Below the pieces are notes generated by a model. That model saw nothing but the letters and a program-made list of their open reading frames with translations, searched no databases and was not told where the DNA came from. A stretch of 33,000 nucleotides of DNA. Origin: Octopus sinensis. Its lineage: Eukaryota. Shown piece after piece: positions 11,400 through 21,039 of this stretch; position 1 is the first letter of the stretch, and each line of letters opens with the position of its first letter. The DNA lies in the NCBI RefSeq assembly GCF_006345805.1, contig NC_042999.1, positions 50,313,001 through 50,346,000 on the forward strand, written 5' to 3'. The position numbers and the translations under genes were made by a program.

Positions 11400-11724
11400 C
11401 ACCTACACCTTTTGGTCATGAATAACCATGGGATACCCTCCAAATCACAAATCTGGGCAAGGTTGTTTATGGAAGACCATCAGTCACCCATGCATACAAT
11501 CCTCCCCTCTCCACACCACCAATGTTATCCAAGAGAAAGGCAAAGGCTGATACAGCTTGCCACCAGTGATGTCACAACACATTTCTACAGCTGAGTGAAC
11601 TGGAGGAACATGAAACAAAGTGTCTTGCTCAAGAACACAACACACAGCCCGGTCTGGGAATCAAACTCACTACCACACGATTGTGAACCTGACACTGTAA
11701 CCACTGAGTTATGCACCTTCACAC
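11400..11724 (-). mobile_element. tRNA-headed SINE, family M
   Basis: Reverse complement gtgtgaaggtgcataactcagtggtt..gttcttgagcaagacacttt..cactcagctgtagaaat. Homologous copy at 15685-16005. Confidence 0.8.
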
Positions 11725-12253
11725 TGATTTCACCTTCAAAGTATTAGCAAACCGGAAACTATAGCAGAAAATGCTTGCTGATAGTGTGTCAGAGATAGAT
11801 GAACCCAGAATCAAAATGTTGCTCAGAAAACATCTTAACTACACGCCCTTTCCTTATTTCATTAAAATTAAAGAATACATTCAGTAAAGTTAACCACAAA
11901 ATTACAAGCTTTTACACCGAAGAGGCCAGGGAACAGAAGAAAGAAGAAGAAAGAAGACATGCACCCAACACCAGAGCTGAAGACACCTCCGAAAGTAGGT
12001 GGGGGCCCTGCCACATCAAAACGGTAGAGGAGTAGGGGCTGAAACCGAACGTGGTTCCTCCTGATGATGTCTTGAGCTAACTGGATCCTATAAAGGAGCT
12101 GTTGAGGTAGCAGACCATGAAACACGGTTGAAATTCCTTCCTAGTTAAGCAGAAACAGTTTAAATGAAGTATTAAATATTTTAGGCTTTTCTATAAAATT
12201 TTAAATTACTTATTAATGAATATAATCCTTCAGAATATTGAAAAGATAATGGA

Positions 12254-12446
12254 AACAAAATTAAAATATTTTGCTTCCAAATGACGAAGCCCTGAGTAGT
12301 TTTAATATAACTTATCTTTGGTTTAATACATCAAGTATACAAATACAAACTTTACTGTTGAGTTGTCAAACAACAAGTATCTCTTGGTATTTTCTCCCAC
12401 TCATTCATATTTATTGTAGAATTGCAGTATTCTGCATGACAGCTGG
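12254..12446 (+). repeat. Unclassified ~190-bp repeat, copy 1
   Basis: Aligns by eye with 13206-13398 (for example aagttgtcaaacaac and ttttctccyactcattcatatttattgtagaatt). Confidence 0.8.
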
Positions 12447-13205
12447 AAATAATATAGTGCTTTCGGTTAAATACTATAAATTCTTAAATGTCACCAAAGA
12501 TTTAGTGTGATAAACGCTATCAAACTGGCACCACTTAAATGTCTGAGATTTGAGATTCAAAAAGTTCAGTTGTCACTCTAAATAAATGTACAGTTATGCA
12601 CCAGCAATGGAGATTCCTCACAATCCTTTATTCTCAAAAAAAAAAAAAAAAACTAGGTGCCAAATTTCCCTCAAATTCCACCTTATTCATGTTTACCACC
12701 AAATGTAAAGGCAATTTTAGTACCTGATAGAGATTATAGCGCTATTGATCAGCTGGAGGAGTTAGCAGATGGTGTTATCAATATTTCAGTTCAAGCAACC
12801 CCTACCTCTTTCATTTCCTTTATGTTTTCAGATTTGGCAGAGTTCCATAAGTTTACTGAGGGGAGAATTCAGGCACTCACAAATAAAAATGGAACATCCC
12901 AAAACACCTTGTTTTGCCATGCATTCAACCTTCTATTCCAAGAATTTGGTATCAGAATGCTCCTCTAGTTTGCACAGGGGAAATCATGTACTATGCTGGT
13001 GTCATCACAGATTTGGTTTACATGCCCATCACTGTACATTACCTTGTTATTTTTCAGTCTGCTTCTAAGCAGTAAGAAAATATAGTCACCAGGAAAAACA
13101 ACATGCATTCCCCAGCATCCTACTATAAGGTGCTTATTTTATTTCCTTTTCCTTTTACTATTGATTCTTCTTCAAAATATTGCTTTTTAGTAGTTACTGT
13201 AATTG

Positions 13206-13398
13206 TAAACAAAATTAAGTTGTTTTGTTTTCAAATGAAGAAGCTCTCAGAAGTTTTAATAAAACTTATCTTCAGCTTACTACATCAAGTATGCAAACAT
13301 TAACTTTACTATTAAGTTGTCAAACAACAGGTATCGTTTGCTATTTTCTCCTACTCATTCATATTTATTGTAGAATTACAGTACTCTGCAGGACAGCA
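13206..13398 (+). repeat. Unclassified ~190-bp repeat, copy 2 (between Gypsy gag and protease)
   Basis: Diverged direct copy of 12254-12446. Confidence 0.8.
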
Positions 13399-13696
13399 TT
13401 TTTCCTTACAACTTTTACAAGATATGTGGCAGCCAACAGTGATTACCTTACAAGCTGTAAAGCATTCAATAATACTCACATGTAGAGAAAAATCTATGAT
13501 GTTGGATATGAATTTATAAATTTTATCATAGCTGATATTCCATATCCAATTCTCAGCACTGATTGTTTCTTATTATTTTGATTTGTTTTTTGATCTAAAA
13601 GATCTAGAATTAATTGATTCTATGACTAATTTATGAATATGTGGTATTTGCTCAAAGGCTACTGTTATCATCTCTTCTTCATCCCAGCTAACAATT

Positions 13697-14087
13697 ATCA
13701 TGCACCAGTGGTACGTAAAAAGCACCAACCGATTGTGGCTCTTTGCCAGCCTCCTCTGGCTTCTGTGCCGGTGGCATGTAAAAAGCACTGTCCAAACATG
13801 GCTGATATCAGTGTCACCTGACTGGTGTCTGTGTCGGCGACACATAAAAAGCACCAACCGATCGTGGCTGTTTGTCAGCCTCCTCTGTCCCTTGTGCCGG
13901 TGGCACGTAAAAAGCACCCACTACACTCACGGAGTAGTTGGCATTAGGAAGGGCATCCAGCTGTAGAAACACTGCCAGATCAGACTGGAGCCTGGTGCAG
14001 CCTTCTGGCTTCCCAGACCCCAGTCGAACCGTCCAACCCATGCTAGCATGGAAAATAGATGTTAATCGACGCTGATGATGATGATCT
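13697..14087 (+). mobile_element. RTE 3'-UTR-type element nested in Gypsy pol
   Basis: Four copies of the hairpin plus gtaaaaagcacc motif, terminal ccaacccatgctagcatgg, (tga)n tail. Confidence 0.85.
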
Positions 14088-15684
14088 TGGTTGACTTTCA
14101 GAAACTGCTCACCCAGTTTTTAGAAAAGCCATTACATTTATCAACACAACATATTGTCATGACTGAATTTCTGGTTTTTGCTCATCCAAGATGTCTTGCT
14201 CCAACTAGATTGAAAATTACTATAGAAGAATTTATTCCTATATTTCAGCTCATTCAACGTTCTAGTAATTCAGCTTCTCCTTTCCGCATGATGTTGTAAA
14301 AGAATGAAAGTATCCCTGTGAGGATTAGATGATGCTAAACTCCCAAACTATGCTGGATAAATACCCTGTTCCTCACATCCATGATTTTTCATCTTCTCTA
14401 CACAGTGCTAATGCTTTTTCAAAAACAGATTTGGTTAACATATAACCAGGTTTATCAGATCACAATCTACATTTAACCAGGTTTCAATAACATGCTGTGA
14501 CATTCATAAGACGGTTATTATCACATATTTCAAACTATATGAATTCAGTAGAATATTTTTGAGGTTCAGGAATTCAGTGAATTGCTTCTAAAGATCTCTT
14601 GATGAAGTGACTCATGGTTTGAATATCATTTTTGCATGCATCAATCATTTATTGATCCCTAATACTTCAGTATTGGACCATGAACATCATCTAAATCAAC
14701 TTTTCACTAGATTAGCACTTTATAGAGTAGGCATTAACTCTGCTGACTGCCTTTTTGGTGTTTCATCTTTAACCTTTTTAGACCATATCATTGATAGCAA
14801 TTGTATTTGCCCGATGACTGAGAAGGTAGCTGCAATTGTGCAGTTTTCAGCTTCCACTACATTATGAAAATTATGTGAATTATTTGGCTTCATAATTTCT
14901 ACAGATGTTTTATTCCACACTGTGCTGAAATGATTTATACTTTAACCGAATTATACCATGATTGAAAAAGGAATAAGAAGAAAATACTTGTAAGACCAGG
15001 TGGATTATAGAGTTGTTTAACAAGATTAAAGATTCCAACATCACTTTATTAAATCACTTGACATCAGATGCACACCTGAGTCTACTAATGGATATTTCTG
15101 ATGTAGGAATCAGTGTTTTAGAACAATTTATTCAAGATTTTGACAATATCAGTGCTTTTCTTGAAGCATTCCAGCCAGGTGAAACTAGATATACTATTTT
15201 CAGTCAAGAAGTATTGGCAGTATATCTATCAGCTAAGCATTTTCATCATTTCTCAGACCATAAGCCATTAACTTTTGCTTTTCTGTCTAAATTGAACAAA
15301 CATTCTCTAAGGGAGATTAGACACCTTGATTTTATATCACATTTTACTACTAATATTCACAACATCAAAGGCCCTAGTAATTGCATGGCTGATACCTTAT
15401 CCTGAATTCATGTGAATTCTTTGCACTCCAGTGATTCTATTAATTTTGGGAAAAGTTGCTCTGGACCAATAATCAGATGAAGAATTACTATAACTAAAGA
15501 ACTCTGAGTTTTTAGAATTTTGTCTTGTTCTTCTGTATGCTTCCACAAAGCATATTTGGTGAGATATTTCTACTTTTGTACCTGCTTAACATAGTCAATC
15601 AGTTTTTTTCTACTCTTCACCATACTGACAGTATTTAAAGGCTTACAGTGATGGAACAAAGGTACATCTTTACGCACAAAAATA

Positions 15685-16005
15685 AGACCCCCCTTCAGTC
15701 ATGAATAACCATGTGATTGCACCTAGAAAGTGGTCCTCTGAGGCACAAATCCAGGCCAAGTTGTTTATGGAAGACCAGCAGTTACCCATGCATACAGTTT
15801 CTCTTCTCCACACCACTGATGTTATCCAAGGAAAAGGTAAAGGTCGATACAGCTTGGCACTAGTGATGTCACAACTCATTTCTACAGCTGAGTAAACTGG
15901 AGCAACATGAAATAAAGTGTCTTGCTCAGGAACACAAGACACAGCCCAGTCTGGGAATCAAACTCACTACCTCATGATTGTGAGCCCGACACTCTAATCA
16001 CTGAA
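15685..16005 (-). mobile_element. Family M SINE nested in the Gypsy integrase region
   Basis: Homologous to 11400-11724. Confidence 0.8.
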
Positions 16006-16126
16006 CCATATTGGCTATGCATATACAGACACCTTCTGTACACAAAGCTGTTGTTCCTAAAAGAAGCCTTCTCAAAGTAACAGGAAGGTGCATAAGACTA
16101 TCATATATGAACATTTTATGTATAAT

Positions 16127-16388
16127 AGGCACAGGAGTGGTTGTGTGGTAAGTAGCTTGCTTGCCAACTAGATGGTTCCAGATTCAGTCCCACTGTGTGG
16201 CACCGTGGGCAAGTGTTTTCTACTATAGCCTCAGGCCAACCAAAGCCTTGTAAGTGGATTTAGTGGACAGAAACTGAAAGAAGCGCATTGTATGTATGTA
16301 TGTATGTATGTATGTATGTATGTATGTATGTATGTATGTATGTATGCATGCATGCATGCATGCATGCATACATACATACATACATACA

Positions 16389-16419
<31 letters not shown>

Positions 16420-16645
16420 GCATATGTATGTATGTGTTTTTGTGTCTGTGTTTGTCCCCACAACATCACTTGACAACCGATGCTGGTGTGTTTACATCCC
16501 CGTAACCTAGCAGTTGGCAAAAGAGACCGGAAGAATAAGTACTAGGTTTACAAAGAATAAGTCCTGGGGTCAATTTGCTCAAATAAAGGCAGTGCTTCAG
16601 TATGGCCACAGTCAAATGACTGAAATAAGTAAAAAAATAAAAGAA
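16127..16645 (+). mobile_element. Family B SINE with expanded central microsatellite
   Basis: Head aggcacaggagtggttgtgtggtaag, core ggcaccgtgggcaagtgttttctactatagcctc, tail gtcaaatgactgaaataagtaaaa. Confidence 0.9.
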
Positions 16646-16704
16646 CATCCTACTCCTGAGCTATAACAATTTATAGATATATAGATAACAATTTATAGAT
16701 ATAT

Positions 16705-17115
16705 AGGTGCAGGAGTGGCTGTGTGGTAAGTAGCTTGTTTACCAACTACATGGTTCCTGCTTCAGTCCCACTGCATGGCACCTTAGGCAAGTGTCTTCTA
16801 CTATAGCCTCAGGCCGACCAAAGCCTTGTGAGAGGATTTGGTAGACAGAAACTGAAAGAAGCTCGTCGTATATATGTATATATATGTATGTGCGTGTATG
16901 TTTGTGTGTCTGTGTTTGTCCCCCTAGCATTGCTTGACAACCGATGCTGGTGTGTTTATGTCCCCGTCACTTAGCAGTTCGGCAAAAGAGACCGATAGAA
17001 TAAGTACTGGGCTTACAAAGAATAAGTCCCGGGGTCGAGTTGCTCGATTATAGGCGGTGCACCAGCATGGCCGGCCACAGTCAAAATGACTGAAACAAGT
17101 AAAAAAAGAAAAAAG
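16705..17115 (+). mobile_element. Family B SINE, full length
   Basis: Complete head-core-microsatellite-tail copy immediately after the previous one. Preceded by a 22-bp tandem duplication (16663-16706). Confidence 0.9.
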
Positions 17116-18024
17116 AGAACTATTTTGAACTTTATACATCGTTATGCATTGTTAACTGATTTCTCCCATGGTTTATTTTATGATATGTAATGTATTTACT
17201 TTTATTGCTTTGACCGCTGATCTTTTTGCTTCATGTAAATACGTTTTCATTTTATTTGTGTTACAACAAACTCATGGCAAAAAAACTCCTATGGTGAGGT
17301 TCCTGTTAAGTTTTGAACTATCATGTTCAGGTTCCCCAGCTGAATAGGTAATAATAAATGCAACAGGTAAGGTCATAATAGACATAATAGGTGAGGCTAC
17401 ACATATGTACTAGGTAAGGTCAATTAACTGTCATCACAAAAGGCATTAAGAGGCATCCAAACATGGCTCAGCTAATCAGATTAACTGGTGTGTAACCAAG
17501 CAAACTGGAATATTCCTACCAAATAGTCTAGTTAACACTTCTAGGAACCCCATAAGGTATTATAAAAATGTGGATTTTTAATCCATAGGCAGAACAATCT
17601 ATTGTGTTATACAGAATAATCTCATTGAATGCCATGGCTGGGGTTCTCACTTTTTCTCTTCATTCTACCTATAACAACCTGAGTCTCAATAATTACGAAC
17701 TGTTTTAATATTACTATTTAAAATAATAAGCAGTGAAAACTTGTACATATTTCATTTGATATCTCTTGAATGATGTTCTGTTTATTTAACTGTTGTATAT
17801 ATATATATATAGGTTGTGAAAGGTAATGGTGTCAATGAGACCCAAAGGTGTCAGGAAATGCTGAATAAGTGTTATGTATAGACTATAGTTAAGTTCCAGG
17901 TTCGGTGATTATGCGAATAAGGAGTCCATCTTAGATCATATATCAGCGTGTGTATATAATTTTTTTTTTTTAATAATGAGATAAAAAACCAAGGCTTTGT
18001 AGATTTTAGAACATTTATAAATAG

Positions 18025-18072
18025 GTCTTACAGCTTTTTCTAGGACATTTATTATATCCCTTCATCGGAGAC
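18025..18072 (-). ncRNA. Minimal type-I hammerhead ribozyme-like motif (stem III lesion)
   Basis: GUCU-CCGAUGA-A-GGGAUAU(AAUAA)AUGUCCU-A-GAAA-AAGCUGU-A/AGAC. Stems I and II pair; C15.2 is changed to A. Confidence 0.5.
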
Positions 18073-18255
18073 GGTGTGAGAAGATGGTTAAGCAATAGTT
18101 AATTTAGATAAGATACGAAATAGAGAGTGAAGTGGAGGAATGAAAATAGTTGTGAGGTATGCAAGGATATTGCATTTGTAGATCCATTATTTAGGCAGAA
18201 TGGTATACATATAAGATTCCAATACCTTATGACTGCTTAACCATCTTCTCACACC

Positions 18256-18303
18256 ATCTCCGATGAAGGGATATAATAAATAACCTAGAAACAGCTGTAA
18301 GAC
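18256..18303 (+). ncRNA. Minimal type-I hammerhead ribozyme-like motif (stem I/II lesions)
   Basis: AUCU-CCGAUGA-A-GGGAUAU(AAUAA)AUAACCU-A-GAA-ACAGCUGU-A/AGAC. Palindromic stem III ACAGCUGU and a GUA cleavage triplet. Confidence 0.5.
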
Positions 18304-18389
18304 CTTCTATTTATAAATGTTCTAAAATCTACACAGCCTTGGTTTTTTATCTCATTATGGAAAAAAAATTTTCTATCTCTCTCTCTTGT

Positions 18390-18585
18390 GACCTCGTGTG
18401 TACCGTTGGTGATTTTTTTTCCTCTGTCTTCCCTTCTCTGGATCTTTCCTTCTCCTATGTTTTCGACAAAGAGCTCCGCTCGAAACGTTAAACCCTCCTT
18501 CTGCCCTTCTTTCCTGAGTGTCCAATAATACTATATTTGTTCCACGTCCTCGCGTTGTTGTTTATTTGTGTTTTCTTGTTTGGAT

Positions 18586-18590
<5 letters not shown>
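18390..18590 (+). mobile_element. Second PLE-like terminal repeat family
   Basis: Pyrimidine-rich 200-bp segment carrying a hammerhead motif and ending directly in (TA)n. Confidence 0.55.
18459..18493 (+). ncRNA. Minimal type-I hammerhead ribozyme-like motif, U3-A8/C4 core
   Basis: GUUU-UCGACAA-A-GAGC(UCC)GCUC-GAAACGUU/AAAC. Perfect stems I (GUUU/AAAC) and II (GAGC/GCUC), and a palindromic AACGUU stem III. Confidence 0.62.
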
Positions 18591-18629
<39 letters not shown>

Positions 18630-19503
18630 ATTGCAAATGTTCTTGGTTATTAAAAAAAATATGGTAACTTATAATAAATATTGATTTAAAATTTTAGCAC
18701 AAGGCTAGCAATTTCAGGGAGGGGATAAGTCAATTATTCTGCCCACAGTCTACAGTGTTTAATAAAAGAGAACATTGAATAATGGAGTCCAAGATATATT
18801 CTACCTATTGTGAAATGCAGAATGCTCTACACGCGAATGCCTTTGTGCATAGATTTGTTCAATGAGAACTTATCAGGAGCTAAATATAATTGCATATTTT
18901 TATATCACATTTTGCTTTGCATCTAACTGGTTTTGTTATATGAATAACTCACAGCATATCATAAATATATCACTTATTGAATAGAGGAAGGTTATGAATT
19001 TGATATCAAAATAATATTCTAAACAAAAGCAAGATTTCAAAAAAATATTAACTGTGAAACCTTACTACTCATACTGTGCTATATTCAGAGGACCAATGAA
19101 AAGTATAAAATAAGGTTGTTTCTACAGAGAAAAAAAATATTTATTGAAGATGCCCCCAGCATTGTTAAATATAGCAAGTCGTTTAGTCAAAGAAACTAAG
19201 TGTAGATATTATAAAGACAAAAGCAGTAGCAGAGTTTTCTTGTTGAGATAAGCTTCAACAATCACACATGGTTTACTTATTCCAAAGAAGAAATCACTAA
19301 TGAATTAGTTCTGATAGCATTCTTTGCTTTTGCTAACTTTACTTGCTTCTTTAAGACTAAAAGTGCAAACCATTTCTTCTCTTTTACAGAACTAATTACA
19401 TAATTATACAGCAGCTCAACTCTTTCTCTTTTGATTTTCAGATAGCGTGGGAGCTCGTCTGCATGTTTAGCAATGAAATATCAAAGCTATATGCATTTCT
19501 GAC

Positions 19504-19504
<1 letters not shown>

Positions 19505-19534
<30 letters not shown>

Positions 19535-19610
19535 CTTCTTCTTCTTCTTCTTCTTCTTCATCTCTTCTTCTTCTCCTTCATCATCATCATCATCATCCAT
19601 CCATCCATCC
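19505..19610. repeat. Compound (TTC)n-(TCA)n-(TCCA)n microsatellite
   Basis: Direct runs. Confidence 0.95.
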
Positions 19611-20153
19611 ATTTTTCCATTTTAATTTAATTATATTTATTTATACTTTATCATCCAATAGCTTAAGATAGAATGAAACAAAGTATTATTTAAATTTTGC
19701 ATGATGCAAATAAATACAGGTTATAGAGTGCAAAACTGAAATATGACATAAAGTTACCACACCTCTTTTATCTAAATCATATTTAATCCCAATCAGTCAT
19801 GATATTAAGAAACTACACATTTCTTATAAAATTTCCATAAATTTGATAAAATATGCCTGAAGTAACTACCTTTTTCATTTACCATCAGCAGCCTTCATAA
19901 TCTTTCCATTGTTTTCAATGCCTGGCAGGTAAATTTTTATGAAATCAACCTCTTCATGATTTTGCAGTGTATATACATTTTGCAAGAATATACAGGCTTG
20001 TTACTAAGAAGCTTAATATATATGGAAATTTTCTCAGTGAACATTACCTCTTTATTTGTGGAATCTTTGATATTATATATATATATATATGTGTGTATAT
20101 ACATATATATATATATACGCGTGTATATATGTGTGTATATATATATGTGTGTG

Positions 20154-20216
<63 letters not shown>

Positions 20217-20525
20217 GTGGAGGCGCAATGGCCTAGTGGTTAGGGCAGCGGACTCGCGGTTGTAGGATCCCGGTTTCGATTCCCAGACCGAGTGTTGTGA
20301 GTGTTTATTGAGCGAAAGCACCTAAAGCTCCACGAGGCTCTGGCAGGGGGGGGGGGGGCAGGTCCTGCTGTACTCTTTCACCACAACTTTCTCTCACTCT
20401 TTCTTCTGTTGGCCAGCTCGCTTAGCCAGTGGGGTGGCGTCATTTGAAGGCTAAGACAATGCGCAGCGCATTGTGACCAGCAATGTGTAGCAACATCTGA
20501 TTGCCTGGTCAGTCACGGTAATCAT
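20217..20525 (+). mobile_element. Family A SINE head and core with alternative 3' tail
   Basis: Matches 3756-3950 up to ctttctctcactc, then switches to the tail seen at 8336-8456. Preceded by (TA)n. Confidence 0.88.
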
Positions 20526-20609
20526 GGTAATCATCATCATCATCATCATCATATATATATATAATAAATAATAATGAAATTATTGTATACAGTGCTCAGG
20601 TGCATCACA

Positions 20610-20880
20610 TATATATATAAAAATTTTTTCGCAATGAGATAAAAAAACTAAGGCTGTGTAGATTTTAGAACATTTATAAATGTTCTATTTGCCTTGGTTT
20701 TTTTATCACGTTACGAAAAAAAATTTTTATATACACACGCTGATATATGACCCAAGTTGGACCCCTTATTTGCATAATCACCAAATCTGGAACTTAACTA
20801 TGCTCTATCCATAGCACTTATTCAGCATTGCCTGATATTTTGGGTCTCACTGACATCATTACCTCCCATAACCTCTCTAT
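20610..20880 (+). mobile_element. Collapsed copy of the 17.8-kb PLE-like element, opposite orientation
   Basis: 20715-20880 matches the reverse complement of 17800-17965. The arms meet at a perfect 22-bp palindrome (20666-20687). Confidence 0.75.
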
Positions 20881-20887
20881 ATATATA

Positions 20888-21010
20888 CTAGCAGTGTACC
20901 CCGGCATTGCCTGGGTGTTATGACCTACAATCACATTGTATTGTTTGTTCCTTTCTTATGGGCAGAATCGGCACATGGGGAATATGAAGCAGACAATTCT
21001 TTATATCATG
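20888..21010 (-). mobile_element. Helitron 3' terminus; 5' extent uncertain
   Basis: Reverse complement cccaggcaatgccggggtacactgctag|t: hairpin plus CTAG|T, similar to 5293-5321. Confidence 0.55.
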
Positions 21011-21039
21011 TTTTTCAGTCATTTTCTGATGAACAACAC

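Larger units (their letters stand above)
12650..16100 (+). mobile_element. Decayed Ty3/Gypsy LTR retrotransposon internal region (gag-PR-RT-RH-IN start); no LTRs identified
   Basis: gag LPPNVKAIL..IDQLEELAD and knuckle CWCHHRFGLHAHHCTLPC (~13000-13060). Protease tail FIIADIPYPILSTD..DLKDLELIDS (~13520-13630). RT VFAHPRCLAPTRLK, DKYPVPHIHDF and ACINHLLI (decayed YIDD). RNase H ETRYTIFSQEVLAVY..SDHKPLTF..IKGPSNCMADTLS. Many stops. Confidence 0.88.
17800..18368 (-). mobile_element. Penelope-like element 3' end with inverted terminal arm
   Basis: Inverted arms at 17964-18094 and 18234-18368, each with a hammerhead-like motif. The spacer translates (-) to HKVLES..NNGSTN, which suggests a GIY-YIG C-terminus. 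The left end merges into (TA)n. Confidence 0.6.

Noticed and set aside
11980-12135. Additional hammerhead candidates (CUGAAGA near 11980, CUGAUGA at 12061, nearby GAAAC)
   Set aside because: Stems I, II and III cannot all be formed in any type I, II or III arrangement I tried.
12520-12540. Possible primer-binding site (caaactggcaccac) upstream of gag
   Set aside because: No recognisable LTR ending in CA next to it and no matching 3' LTR, so it is too weak to call.
13697-13925. CRISPR-like repeat-spacer appearance
   Set aside because: The spacers are homologous to each other, the array is part of a dispersed LINE tail, the context is eukaryotic and there are no cas genes.
19277-19480. Protein-like minus frame YFIAKHADELPRYLKIKRERVELL..., and a plus-strand acceptor at 19441 giving SVGARLHV*
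   Set aside because: The minus frame has no in-frame acceptor or start, since stops lie immediately upstream. The plus reading is too short and has no partner exons.
20217-20295. tRNA gene (also the heads at 3756, 16705 and 27895)
   Set aside because: tRNA-like A/B boxes are followed by SINE bodies rather than a clean acceptor stem and T-run terminator.
20345-20358. Poly-G run as a G-quadruplex element
   Set aside because: A simple slippage expansion of the short G-run found in other family A copies.
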